The notes under the pieces are model-generated. The model worked only from the letters and a program-made list of their open reading frames with translations. It did not search any database and was not told where the DNA came from. The position numbers were made by a program, and so were the translations under genes. A stretch of DNA of 64,000 bases, from contig DAIDHK010000001.1 of NCBI GenBank assembly GCA_027459725.1, forward strand, positions 3,411 through 67,410, given 5' to 3'. The stretch comes from Candidatus Levyibacteriota bacterium (GTDB lineage Bacteria; Patescibacteriota; Microgenomatia; Levybacterales; UBA12049). Shown in pieces: positions 39,785-50,030 of the stretch (within the stretch, counting starts at the first letter, position 1; every line of letters starts with the position of its first letter).

Positions 39785-40792
39785 CTAACTCAACTGTCTT
39801 AATTCTGCTTCAATAAACTGATCTAAATCCCCATCTAGTACTGCATCTGTATTGCCTGTTTCTACATTGGTACGCAAATCTTTTACCATATGATACGGAT
39901 GCAAAACATAAGAGCGGATCTGATTTCCCCAACCTGGTGTTTTGTAACCTCCTTTTAACCTTTCTTCCTCTTTGCGCCTTTCCTCTTCCTGTATCGCCCA
40001 CAACTTTGCCCGCAATAATTTCATGGCGTTCTCACGATTCTGCCCCTGGTACCTCTCTGACTGTGCTGTTACTACAATGCCGGTAGGAATATGCTTAATA
40101 CGCACTGCTGTAGAAACTTTATTAACATTTTGTCCTCCATGTCCACCTGAACGAAATGCTTCAAACTCAATATCATCATCCTTGATTATCACCTGGTTAT
40201 CCTGTTCAATCTGGGGTAGCACTTCAAGCATGGCAAAAGAAGTCTGGCGAAGTTTATCGGCATTGAAAGGAGACTGCCTAACCAGACGATGTACTCCTGC
40301 TTCATGATGTAAGTATCCATAAACATAGTTACCATTAACTGAAAGAGTAATACTTTTCAATCCAGCTTCTTCTCCTGGCGTCTGATCAATAATCTCATAT
40401 GACCAGCCTCTTCTCTCAAAATATCTTGTGTACATCCTATAAAGCATTTCTGTCCAGTCCATCGCTTCGGTTCCACCTTGACCTGAATGTATAGCGACGA
40501 TAGCTCCACTTTCATCATAGGGACCTGAGAAATACAAGAGTGTTTCCAGATTATCGATCAGTTCTGACGCTTCTTTTTCATTACCTTCTTCAATCCACAG
40601 CTGAAGCAATTCTATCTGCTCAATTTCTTTTTGTAGCTTAGACATCTCCTTCATTTTCATACTAGCGCTTCTATGATCGTTCCAGAAATCAGGTTTACTG
40701 CTTTCTGCCTCAATCAAGCGGATCTGTGTTCTCTTCTTATCAGGATTAATTTTCTCCAGCAAATTATAGTATCTTTTCTTAAGTTCTTCCAT
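39785..40792 (-). CDS. prfB: Peptide chain release factor 2 (continuous ORF)
   Basis: GVHRLVRQSPF (SPF recognition loop), GGQNVNKV, WGNQIRSYV. Confidence 0.96.
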   Translation of the reverse strand: MEELKKRYYNLLEKINPDKKRTQIRLIEAESSKPDFWNDHRSASMKMKEMSKLQKEIEQIELLQLWIEEGNEKEASELIDNLETLLYFSGPYDESGAIVAIHSGQGGTEAMDWTEMLYRMYTRYFERRGWSYEIIDQTPGEEAGLKSITLSVNGNYVYGYLHHEAGVHRLVRQSPFNADKLRQTSFAMLEVLPQIEQDNQVIIKDDDIEFEAFRSGGHGGQNVNKVSTAVRIKHIPTGIVVTAQSERYQGQNRENAMKLLRAKLWAIQEEERRKEEERLKGGYKTPGWGNQIRSYVLHPYHMVKDLRTNVETGNTDAVLDGDLDQFIEAELRQLS

Positions 40793-41598
40793 CGTGAAAC
40801 TATTGTAGCTTGTCTAATTTCAAATTGCCAATCATTACAATCCATACTATTATATAAACGATGGAAGAGATGGAGTAAAATATTGCGAAGATAAAAAAAG
40901 ACAGCAACGATTGGCTTCCATTCAGGTAACTAATCTTGCTTGTATCATTACACCAATTGTTTTTGTCACGAACACTCATGGCGAGTATTTGCCGAATGGA
41001 CAATAACCATTGGTCTTCTATTGATCATTAGGATCGGGTTCTTGAAAGTTAGTCAGTTTCCTCGGGGCATTCTGTTTAAATGGAAAGGGTTAATCGATTG
41101 GATCAAACTTATCGCATATATGGCATGGCTATGCACTTTTGCCACACAGTTATTTAAGCGTGTTGCTTCATAAGTTTTTTCACAAGTATAACCAAATTGC
41201 CCTTTGTTAAATATGACATCCTGTTTTGCGCTTGCTAGTTTCTCCCTCCTCCCATCTTTCGTTCCCGGTGCTTCTTCTGCTTGGCTATCTGTTCATGGTA
41301 GTAATATTAAAATACAGATATGAAACTGGTAAATTCTTGCGCAGTGAGCAGGTGCGGGCTGTAGACATCCATTTTGTACGTAGGGCAGCTTGATAGTCCA
41401 TAGGACTTTAAATAGACTCACAAAACGCTATTTCCGAACAAGTCTAATGTTAAAAGCCAGGCACAGCCCCAGCCTCTCACATAAATTTATTAATAACCTG
41501 CACCTGGATAATCTTATCGGCATGCTTCAGAGCTGGGAACTTGGTCAATCATTGTAGTTGCCCTTGTTATAATGCTTTATTCTCTGTTAATAAAGTAA

Positions 41599-41946
41599 TT
41601 AGCTATTCTTTTGCCCACTTAGTTTTTGTAAATCACTTTGTATCAACTTTTCGTATCCTGTTAAGCCCTGAATTAATTTCCCCCCATTGTTAATGGTCTT
41701 TATTATATCGCCAATTTTAATTTGTGACACCTGATGTGTGATAGACTTAAAATTTAAATCAGCTTCCTGTTTGAATGAATTTGTAGTAGCGCTTGAGGAA
41801 GAGACTGAAATACCCAGAACACTTTTGCCATTAACCACTGCCTTAGTGGCCCAGAATCTTTTGATTGTAGAAGAGAAAAAAGTTGCATAGATTATGATTC
41901 CCATAATAAAAACAATTATCAGCAGGCTTTTGAGTAATCCGAACAT
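41599..41946 (-). CDS. Hypothetical membrane-anchored protein
   Basis: N-terminal TM, VLG motif; TATACT 6 nt before the ATG. Confidence 0.65.
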   Translation of the reverse strand: MFGLLKSLLIIVFIMGIIIYATFFSSTIKRFWATKAVVNGKSVLGISVSSSSATTNSFKQEADLNFKSITHQVSQIKIGDIIKTINNGGKLIQGLTGYEKLIQSDLQKLSGQKNS

Positions 41947-41979
41947 AGACTCAGTATAACACCAACAAAGGCTTTAATA

Positions 41980-42981
41980 TTAATTTACGAGGTTAATACG
42001 CTCTCCCTTAGCAAACGCACTCAAGTTCTCAATAGTTACATCCAGAATTCTCTGTAATGCCTCCTGACTGTTAAAAGCATTATGGGGAGTAATCAAAACA
42101 TTATCTTTGGTAAGTAGAACATGATTTAAAAGCTGAGTCTTAATATCGCATTCTTTAAGAAACTGCTCTGTAAGAAGCTGTCTTTCTTCTTTAATAAATG
42201 CCTCTTCTTCCAGCACATCTATTCCTGCTGCGCTTAGAATGCCACTGTCCAAACCCACCAGTATGGCTTCTGTTTCAATCAGTCCCCCTCTGGCTGTATT
42301 TAACAGCACGCTTCCTTTTTTCATTTTCAGAACATTTTCTTTATTGATAAAATGATTGGTTTGAGGAGAATATGGCAAATGCAAACTGACAATATCTGAT
42401 TGGGCTAACAGCTCATCGACAGAGACATATTTAAAACCTAACTCATCAGCTAATTCCTGATGTACCCGATGATTATATCCCAGAACATTCATACCAAAAC
42501 CTCTGGCTATTTTTATTACTTCCTGTCCTATATGCCCGGTACCGATCACCCCCAGAGTCTTTCCATGCAGATCAAATCCCCGCAAACCGTCTAGACTGAA
42601 ATCTCCTTTCCTTGCTCTCTCAATTGAGGGCAATAGCTTTCGAGAAATAGCCAGCATCAGGGAGAAAGTATGTTCCGCCACGGTATATGTTCCATATTCA
42701 GGCACATTGGAAACCAGAATGTTTTTCTGTTTACATAAATCCAGATTGATGTGATCAAAACCTGTTGAGCGTGTAACAATATATTTTAGATCCGGCAGCT
42801 GATTTAAAACTTCTTCAGTTATGACAGAATATATAAAAACAGCAATTGCTTCTACATTATGAATCTGAGCGACATTGGCCAAATCAAGAGGAGAGGAGAA
42901 AAAAGTTAATTCATGACCCTGAAGTTTTTCCTGCAGATAAGGTTTCTCCCAATCTTCAATTTCAAAGACTGCGATCTTCAT
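41980..42981 (-). CDS. ldhA: D-lactate / D-2-hydroxyacid dehydrogenase
   Basis: RSTGFDHI, VAEH, GVIGTGHIG, NTARGGL, DVLEEE, TPHNAF. Confidence 0.85.
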   Translation of the reverse strand: MKIAVFEIEDWEKPYLQEKLQGHELTFFSSPLDLANVAQIHNVEAIAVFIYSVITEEVLNQLPDLKYIVTRSTGFDHINLDLCKQKNILVSNVPEYGTYTVAEHTFSLMLAISRKLLPSIERARKGDFSLDGLRGFDLHGKTLGVIGTGHIGQEVIKIARGFGMNVLGYNHRVHQELADELGFKYVSVDELLAQSDIVSLHLPYSPQTNHFINKENVLKMKKGSVLLNTARGGLIETEAILVGLDSGILSAAGIDVLEEEAFIKEERQLLTEQFLKECDIKTQLLNHVLLTKDNVLITPHNAFNSQEALQRILDVTIENLSAFAKGERINLVN

Positions 42982-43082
42982 GATTTTATATTATCACAAC
43001 AGTGTTTAAAATCAAACGACAATTTCCTGACTTTTGCATAATTACCCTCCGGTGATATATTTTTTAAGCATCAGAAGACAAA

Positions 43083-43874
43083 TCATTTGCGAGTTATGCT
43101 TTTATTGACAGCAAAAATAACTGTTGATGCCCCCGCAACCGGCAGCAATGCCAAAGATTTATCCCGGGAGATTTTTCTGAAGCTGTCATCGATTTTTTCA
43201 CCTCTCGTTTTATAGCGATTATACGCAGAGTACAGATTAGCTCCTACTTGTAAACTATCTATATACGGTTGAACACGAGTAGACATGCCACTTAGAGTAT
43301 TCATAATTATGCGACCTGGACGCGAGCCGAAAAAGGCAATAACATCCGTTCCCAACTCATGTACCTCATGACCGTCCAGCCACATAGTCATCTCCCTGGT
43401 CAGAGTCGGCAAAGAGGTTGTCAGCATAACACCATCTGCTGCTATCTGCCCCCACATATCTTTTCGCACCACAGCTGATTTACTGCGTAAAAAAGCCAGA
43501 GCACTTTCCTGTACCCTGTCAGCAGTAACATCAAAAATAACTCCAACAGGATTATTATATTTACCATCAGTTTCATCTTTTAACTGTCTAGCCACTCCTC
43601 CATCTAATCCATCACAAAGATAACCGAGACCCTGTAGTGCTAAAGCTGCAGCCTGTGTTTTTTTGTCCGGATGGTGTTTCCCATTCACATTTTCTATCAT
43701 TGCTGCTCCGGCAATGACCATGCCCAGTCCGGCTACTGTTATGTGATTAGGAGTAAGTGAAGGGAAAGTTTTATGAACTTTTTTGCTGGTAAACTCAAGT
43801 GGTTTCTTGAATACAGTTCTTAAAAAAGAGTCTTTGCCAGCACTTCCACCCTGATGTCTTTCCGGGTTTATCAT
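43083..43874 (-). CDS. CDP-alcohol phosphatidyltransferase family protein
   Basis: TPNHIT and DGLDGGVAR...G..FDVTADR signature. Confidence 0.8.
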   Translation of the reverse strand: MINPERHQGGSAGKDSFLRTVFKKPLEFTSKKVHKTFPSLTPNHITVAGLGMVIAGAAMIENVNGKHHPDKKTQAAALALQGLGYLCDGLDGGVARQLKDETDGKYNNPVGVIFDVTADRVQESALAFLRSKSAVVRKDMWGQIAADGVMLTTSLPTLTREMTMWLDGHEVHELGTDVIAFFGSRPGRIIMNTLSGMSTRVQPYIDSLQVGANLYSAYNRYKTRGEKIDDSFRKISRDKSLALLPVAGASTVIFAVNKSITRK

Positions 43875-43998
43875 TTAGCAACTATAACATGATCTCAGGG
43901 TAATTTCTATATTCAGATTTCCCTGAAGCTCATTGAGATTTTTGGATATTTTTATATTTTATCTTCCATAGACTCACCATAACTCCCCAGCCAGTTTT

Positions 43999-44510
43999 AT
44001 TATCGATTCCATAACACTACCTCTTCTTTGTCGCTGCCGCTGTTTCTGATAAAATGTTCTACCTGCAGATTTACTATTGCGCCAGGGTTATCTCCTGCAA
44101 TTCTAAAATCTCCCCGATATCCATTTCCTTTGGCATAAGCATAACCAATCTCAGTTGCCATTCCGCTGTCAACATCCACACCATCAAGGTTGTCAACAAG
44201 ACTTAAGGCTTGTTTAATTTTTCTTTCATTATTCGAAGTAATTATGCTATTAGGTTTTCCCAGCCATGTACTTTTTCTTCATCCAAAGGCATCTCATCCA
44301 CCGATGCTATGAGGCTATAAGATGTTAATTCCCGAAAATCAAATACTGCATCGCCCATAGATCTGAACAGTCTTGCGATATTTGAATGAAATGGACAGGT
44401 AGCTTCGGCAAAACCAAGCCATCCCGCAAGATACAGAGTAATTCCTGATCTTAGTATGTCTTTGGGTATAACAACTCCAAACCTAGCCCGAATTTAGCTA
44501 CCCCCTCTTT
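43999..44510 (-). pseudogene. Nucleoside 2-deoxyribosyltransferase pseudogene
   Basis: LYLAGWLGFAEA from 44436 in one frame; LDGVDVDSGMATEIGYAYAKG-GYRGDFR...VNLQVEHFI in another. A frameshift near 44245 and an upstream in-frame stop break the gene. Confidence 0.82.
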
Positions 44511-44547
44511 CATGTAGCGGATTATAAAATATATATTTTATAATTAA

Positions 44548-45831
44548 TTATGGGATTTTGGGCATTTCAGGAATCTGTGTCCTCTTATCTTCCACTACCA
44601 TATCCTCTGAAATAACATTTTCTTGCATTTTCCCGATCGTCAATAATCCGATAAAAGCCGCTATTAATGCCGCCAAACCACCTACACCCAAACCCCATCT
44701 GGGACTGATATTTTCACCTATCCAGCCAATAATTGGACCTCCGATTGGAGTTGAGCCAAGAAAAGCCATCGTCCACAAAGACATCACCCTCCCACGCATT
44801 TCAGGCAAACTGGCCATCTGCAGCGTCACATTGCCCATAGAATTAAAATTTAATGAAGCAGCTCCTACTAAAACCATAGCAATAAGTGCAACAGTAAAGC
44901 TGGGAGCAAGCGCTGCGAAGATATCCGACAACCCGAATAAGACTAAAACCGTTAACAGCATTTTTGTTGAGGTAGATTTTCTCCCTGCGCTGAATAATCC
45001 TCCAATCACCGCGCCAAAACCCATGGCAGTAGTTAACTCCGCGTATCCTGCGACCGCGTTATGAAAGGTGAATTGTGCCACCAGAGGAAGTATAACCTGG
45101 AACTCATAAGTTAGAGTTCCCACAATAGCCAGAATAATAAGCGTGTTGCGGATCTTTGGTGTAGAGACTACATACTTCAAACCATCTTTTAGCTTTGCTG
45201 ACCCCCGTTTGCTTTGAGCCAAATGAAAATAATGACTGTCCATCAGATTCAAAACAATAATTACTGCAATATAAGAGATGCCATTTATAAAAAAACATAG
45301 AGCAAATCCTACGGTAAGTACTAAAATTCCCGCAATGGATGGGCCGATGATACGGGCCAGATTTACTTCCCATGAATTAAGTGTTACGGCATTGACCATT
45401 TTTTCTTTGCCTACCAGCTCGGGCACAAACGTCTGACGCGTTGGATTATCTATTAAATTGACCAGACCCAGACTGAAAGATAATACGCCAATCATCCATA
45501 TCTGCACAATATTTAGTGCAACTAATAAAGAAAGAATTAAAGCTAAAATTCCTGCAGCAGACTGGGTAAAAAACAAGATTTTTCTTTTAGGAAATCTGTC
45601 AGCGATCACTCCACCCAGAGGACCAAAGAGCAAAATAGGCAAAAATTGCAGAGCAGTTATAATACCAAGCACTGTACCTGAATCGGTAAGTTTTAACACC
45701 AGCAATCCCTGAGCAATCTGCTGGAGCCATGTGCCCGACAGCGAGACCGCCTGGCCAATAAAATATAACCGATAGTTACGTATGCTAAGTGAAGCAAACG
45801 TATTACCCCAGTAGTGACGTAAAATTTGCAT
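44548..45831 (-). CDS. MFS transporter (MFS_3/DUF894-like)
   Basis: RNYRLYFIGQ.VS..GTW.Q, GGVIADRFPKR, MRGRVMS, GSTPIG. Confidence 0.9.
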   Translation of the reverse strand: MQILRHYWGNTFASLSIRNYRLYFIGQAVSLSGTWLQQIAQGLLVLKLTDSGTVLGIITALQFLPILLFGPLGGVIADRFPKRKILFFTQSAAGILALILSLLVALNIVQIWMIGVLSFSLGLVNLIDNPTRQTFVPELVGKEKMVNAVTLNSWEVNLARIIGPSIAGILVLTVGFALCFFINGISYIAVIIVLNLMDSHYFHLAQSKRGSAKLKDGLKYVVSTPKIRNTLIILAIVGTLTYEFQVILPLVAQFTFHNAVAGYAELTTAMGFGAVIGGLFSAGRKSTSTKMLLTVLVLFGLSDIFAALAPSFTVALIAMVLVGAASLNFNSMGNVTLQMASLPEMRGRVMSLWTMAFLGSTPIGGPIIGWIGENISPRWGLGVGGLAALIAAFIGLLTIGKMQENVISEDMVVEDKRTQIPEMPKIP

Positions 45832-45942
45832 ATTAAATTAACTAGAACAAAAGGATAAACTCTTATCCGGAGATGTTAGTAGCCAACTAAATTACTATTT
45901 TAGTTTAAAATAAACTTTCAGGCAAGCAATCAGGACAAACAG

Positions 45943-45971
45943 TTGACGGGTAATATGGTTGAAGTTAGAAT
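45943..45971 (+). promoter_or_regulatory. Sigma70 promoter predicting a leaderless AIM24 mRNA
   Basis: TTGACG-N17-TAGAAT; ATG 6 nt downstream; no SD. Confidence 0.72.
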
Positions 45972-45977
45972 AGACAT

Positions 45978-46679
45978 ATGCAAAACCCTCCGCAGATACT
46001 TCCAACGAGAATAACAGACGGTCAGGCACCCGGAATCGCCTATCGGATTGAAGGAGAACTAGTTCCTTCTCTGCATATAACTCTGGACGGCTCTGTATCT
46101 GTTTTCTTCGAACATCACATAGTTCTATGGAAAGATCCTCAATTGCAAATAGGCATGAAAACAGTCAACGGAGCATTTAAAAGACTGATTGCTGGTATGC
46201 AGATTTTTATGACAGAGACCAGGGGCGCAGGAGAAATTGCCTTTTCCAGAGATGGAGCCGGTCACGTTTTTCCCTTACATTTACAGCCTGGACAGACTAT
46301 CGAAGTGCGTGAACATCAGTTTCTTGCCGCCACTGCGAATTTGGAATACGGCTTTTCTCGCCAAAAAGGTCTTTCGAACATGCTTTTAGGCTCAACCGGT
46401 TTTTTTGTTGATAAATTTCAGGCTAAACAAACTGAAGGAGTTGTCTGGCTGCATGGATATGGAAATGTGTTTGAAAAACAACTCGGGCAGGGAGAACAAA
46501 TTGATGTTGAACCAGGCGGCTGGATTTATAGGGATGAGAGCGTACAGATGTCCCAGCAAATTTATGGACTACGCACGGGAATCTTTGGAGGTGCAGGAAA
46601 TTTAATCTTTAACCGCTTTACCGGGCCAGGCAGAGTGGGCATACAATCCATGTACCTTTATCTACCTGGTGGAAATTAA
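45978..46679 (+). CDS. AIM24 family protein
   Basis: YRIEGELVP, EHQFLAAT, WLHGYGNVFEK, FTGPGRVGIQSM. Confidence 0.88.
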   Translation: MQNPPQILPTRITDGQAPGIAYRIEGELVPSLHITLDGSVSVFFEHHIVLWKDPQLQIGMKTVNGAFKRLIAGMQIFMTETRGAGEIAFSRDGAGHVFPLHLQPGQTIEVREHQFLAATANLEYGFSRQKGLSNMLLGSTGFFVDKFQAKQTEGVVWLHGYGNVFEKQLGQGEQIDVEPGGWIYRDESVQMSQQIYGLRTGIFGGAGNLIFNRFTGPGRVGIQSMYLYLPGGN

Positions 46680-46714
46680 CTCCTAACAATATCTTCTCTG
46701 CTATAATCATAAGC

Positions 46715-46972
46715 ATGATTGAAGGTTATAGAGCAGGCTACAGTCATTTGAATCCTCAAGAACTAACAAGTAAGTTAGATTTTTTTCAGGAGAGACTCAA
46801 CCCGCTATGGAAAAGGTTTTCATATCATCTAAAGACAGAACATAATGGAGCTATGATAGGCAAACCCAGTAAGACTTGTCATACCTGTATAAATTTACAA
46901 ATGATGATTCAAAGCTATGAAGATCGTATGAGCACCATCAGAGGCTTACTTAATTCTACTAACAATCAGTAG
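46715..46972 (+). CDS. Hypothetical small protein with HxxxxH...CxxC
   Basis: 85 aa; TGCTATAAT 7 nt before the ATG. Confidence 0.6.
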   Translation: MIEGYRAGYSHLNPQELTSKLDFFQERLNPLWKRFSYHLKTEHNGAMIGKPSKTCHTCINLQMMIQSYEDRMSTIRGLLNSTNNQ

Positions 46973-46980
46973 ATATCCAA

Positions 46981-47304
46981 TCATTTAACACTGCGAATAT
47001 CTTCTCTTAACTGTTCATAGATCTCGTGTGCAGCATACAGCAGATGTTTTTCCGCATCCTTAACATGAGTTCGGAGAACATTCCAGGCCTGTTCATGTTC
47101 TTCATTAGCAATATGCTCTAGAAACTTTTTTTTATCTTCTCCTTTAATATGCGTCAGTGCCTGATCCATCATCACATGATGAATTTGCCTTTGTGCGATA
47201 TCCAGTAACTCAGACTTCTGTTTATCAGAAAGATCCAAACCGGAAAGTTCCATTTTGACATGCTCAAGAGTAATCAAATGTGAATAAAAATATTTTTTAT
47301 GCAT
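46981..47304 (-). CDS. Hypothetical helical, His-rich protein
   Basis: 107 aa, 3 nt downstream of the gene at 47308-48252. Confidence 0.7.
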   Translation of the reverse strand: MHKKYFYSHLITLEHVKMELSGLDLSDKQKSELLDIAQRQIHHVMMDQALTHIKGEDKKKFLEHIANEEHEQAWNVLRTHVKDAEKHLLYAAHEIYEQLREDIRSVK

Positions 47305-47307
47305 AAA

Positions 47308-48252
47308 TTATTGTATATTTATGGGACCCAACGGCACATTGATATTGGAATCGTCAATAAAAAAATATAAAACCGGACCTTTTTGTGCTCCATCCTGTCT
47401 GTCTAAATAATTCATAACTTCCGGAGACCCGCCAAGCTGTTTGCCCGTCCAGGGTGACGGACCTGAGTCGGCAATATCAGCTACTACTGCTTTACCATTC
47501 TGCGGATTAACCACCAGCATTTTCCGATACTTAAAGAAACTGTTATATTTAGCAACATTTTGATTATATCCCAGACTGAGAAATGTGGGAACTGCGATAT
47601 ACCACTTCTCCTCCTGGATGTCCTGAGGTGTCAAATTAGCAGCTGAATCAGCCCAGTAGCCCCAAGCTCCCCGTCCGGGCGCCATACCAGAACCCCAGTA
47701 TTTTTGGACATCAGCCTGGGAAGAAAACATCGTATTCATTGAATCACCAGGATAACGAACTAAGTGCTGCTCTTCACCAATGTATCCGTAATTTTGATTT
47801 AACCTGATGCCATTCAACTCAGCACTTATCTTTAAACCAAAACGCACCGAAAGAATACCTGTAATTCTTTCTTCCTGATCCGGTGTTAAAGGGACAACTG
47901 TCGTGGGAAGTTTATTATATAAATCATTTATTAAAAACATTCTTTTATTAAGCTGCCCAAACTGCTCGTTAGTCTGAATATTGGGAGGAGTAACTGACGG
48001 AGTTAAATTAGGATCCTTAGGAGGAGCCACCTGTGCAGAGGCAGGAGTCGCAATAGATGAGGGTAATAAATTAGGCGTAACAGTCAGCATAACAATACTA
48101 GCCGCAGAGGCAGTCAGGTGAGCTGTATGGCGGGTTAGCCATTCCAGTGCATCCTTATGTTTCTGCCATAGCCTCTCGTGTAACTTTTTTTCCCTTTGGG
48201 TCCACTTATTCTTAAGATTTTCGTAATGAGAAATATAATTTTTTTGCGACAT
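47308..48252 (-). CDS. Hypothetical protein with RlpA-like double-psi beta-barrel C-terminus
   Basis: KMLVVNPQNGKAVVADIADSGP...GGSPEVM resembles the DPBB V.N..NG..V.V.I.D.GP pattern. Confidence 0.6.
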   Translation of the reverse strand: MSQKNYISHYENLKNKWTQREKKLHERLWQKHKDALEWLTRHTAHLTASAASIVMLTVTPNLLPSSIATPASAQVAPPKDPNLTPSVTPPNIQTNEQFGQLNKRMFLINDLYNKLPTTVVPLTPDQEERITGILSVRFGLKISAELNGIRLNQNYGYIGEEQHLVRYPGDSMNTMFSSQADVQKYWGSGMAPGRGAWGYWADSAANLTPQDIQEEKWYIAVPTFLSLGYNQNVAKYNSFFKYRKMLVVNPQNGKAVVADIADSGPSPWTGKQLGGSPEVMNYLDRQDGAQKGPVLYFFIDDSNINVPLGPINIQ

Positions 48253-48785
48253 AGTTGAAGAGCTCTTAGCAATACCTGAAGATCTTTACCACTCATTCCA
48301 GTTTGGCATGCTCAGGAGTAAGTGTCAAATTTAAAGAATATACTTTTTCAAAAATCTCTGTTTCATAACTTCAACTAATAAGAGTTACGTTGAAACTAGA
48401 ATGATTAAAATAAAAAAGTATAACGTAGGAGAAGTAACCAAATCTAAAATTCCAACTAAAGGCGAGAAGGACAACAGCAAAGAAGTAACAAGAGTTAATT
48501 TGATATTCAGAGGAAGGTAATTAAATAGTTACACCAGGATCAATAATTAAAGAATTAACCTTAAACTGACACAAAAAGAGATGCAGAGAATTTACATTTC
48601 TAATGTATTCAAGCCATATAAATATAGTCAATATAAAGATTTTGTAGTTGATAAATTACATAAGCGAATCAAAATATCTGCAAGATAACTCACAAAATTT
48701 TAAAAATCGACTCTTTTTAATTCATACAGTCATGGAATCTGTAACTAAATATAAGATCAATAACCTATACTGTATCGGATACAAT

Positions 48786-50030
48786 TTATTGTGGTAAAAA
48801 CTGAGAAACTAAGAGAGCAATTGAACTAACGGCAATCAAAATAAAAGTAATAATGACTATGATATTTATTAAACGGCTGTTTCGATAGCCATTTAATAAT
48901 TTCTTATCATTCGAAAGAATATAAACAAAAACTAAGATTGGTAACAACAACACTGCGTTAATCGCCTGAGTGAAAAAAAGTATTTGCAGAAGAGGTAAAA
49001 AGGGAGCAATAACTAGCAGAGCACCAATAAGCAAACTAAAGGCGAACAAACCGTAAAACTCTGGCGCCTCATTAAAGGAAAAATTAAGCCCTGACTCAAA
49101 TCCAAAAGCCTCAGTAATCACATATGAAGTCGATACAGGCACCAAAGCTGCTCCAAATAATGAAGCATTTAATAATCCAAGCCCAAAGAGTATACCCGCA
49201 AACTTTCCTGCTAAAGGTTCAAGAGCAATTGCCGCATCTTTGGCATCTGCAATGGTTATATTATGCACAAACAGAGTTACTGCACAAGCAACAATTATAA
49301 AAAAGGAGATAAAATTGGTAATAAACGATCCAAAAAATACATCGGCTCTTTCCGGATTAAGATCTTCTTTGGTTAATTTTTTATCTACCACATAATCCTG
49401 AATAAAAAATTGTCCCCAGGGAGTTATTGTAGTACCTATTACCGCAATAAGAGTTATCAGATAATTTTTATTCAAACTAAAATCAGGTCTCACCAGACTG
49501 CCTACTGCTGCTCCCCAGTTGGGATGTGACATAAATGCCGAAACAATATAAACCAGATAAAAAACTGATAATAATAAAAAGAGTCTTTCCAGCTTCTTAA
49601 AACTCCCTTTAGTTACTAAAAAATAGACTAATAAAACAGACAGTGGAATTGAGATATATTTACTGACATTAAAAATCTCAAGAGCTGATGCTATACCGGC
49701 AAACTCTGCGGCAATAGTACCGATATTGGCAATCAATAGCACTACCATAATAAAGGTAGTCCAGCGAATACCAAATTTCTCACGAATCAGTGATGCCAGA
49801 CCTTTACCGGTTGCCAGTCCCATACGAGCACCTATTTCCTGCGTAATTGCCAAACTGAAAGTGGTTATAAACAGTACCCACAACAAGGAAAGTCCAAAGC
49901 TAGCACCTGCTACAGAATAAGTAGCAATTCCTCCTGCATCGTTATCTACTGAACCAGAGATAATTCCAGGTCCTAATATAGCTAAGATTGGTAAGATTCT
50001 TCCCAGACGACTTTTAAATAGGTTCCTCAT
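48786..50030 (-). CDS. Nramp-related divalent metal (probably Mg2+) transporter
   Basis: GPGII...DNDAGGIATYS (DAGG in place of DPGN), GTTITPW; SD GGAGG before ATG 50030. Confidence 0.88.
   Translation of the reverse strand: MRNLFKSRLGRILPILAILGPGIISGSVDNDAGGIATYSVAGASFGLSLLWVLFITTFSLAITQEIGARMGLATGKGLASLIREKFGIRWTTFIMVVLLIANIGTIAAEFAGIASALEIFNVSKYISIPLSVLLVYFLVTKGSFKKLERLFLLLSVFYLVYIVSAFMSHPNWGAAVGSLVRPDFSLNKNYLITLIAVIGTTITPWGQFFIQDYVVDKKLTKEDLNPERADVFFGSFITNFISFFIIVACAVTLFVHNITIADAKDAAIALEPLAGKFAGILFGLGLLNASLFGAALVPVSTSYVITEAFGFESGLNFSFNEAPEFYGLFAFSLLIGALLVIAPFLPLLQILFFTQAINAVLLLPILVFVYILSNDKKLLNGYRNSRLINIIVIITFILIAVSSIALLVSQFLPQ

Noticed and set aside
40700-40792. Programmed +1 frameshift in prfB
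   Set aside because: The ORF is continuous from ATG 40792 and no CTT-TGA slippery site is seen.
44490-44515. yybP-ykoY riboswitch-like AAGAGGGGGTAGC on the minus strand
   Set aside because: No downstream consensus or structure; it lies at the start of the NDT pseudogene.
48253-48785. Gene or ncRNA in this AT-rich gap (likewise 8040-8360, 9680-10030, 60760-61110)
   Set aside because: Only short broken hydrophobic frames with no recognisable motif or stable structure; probably decayed sequence.
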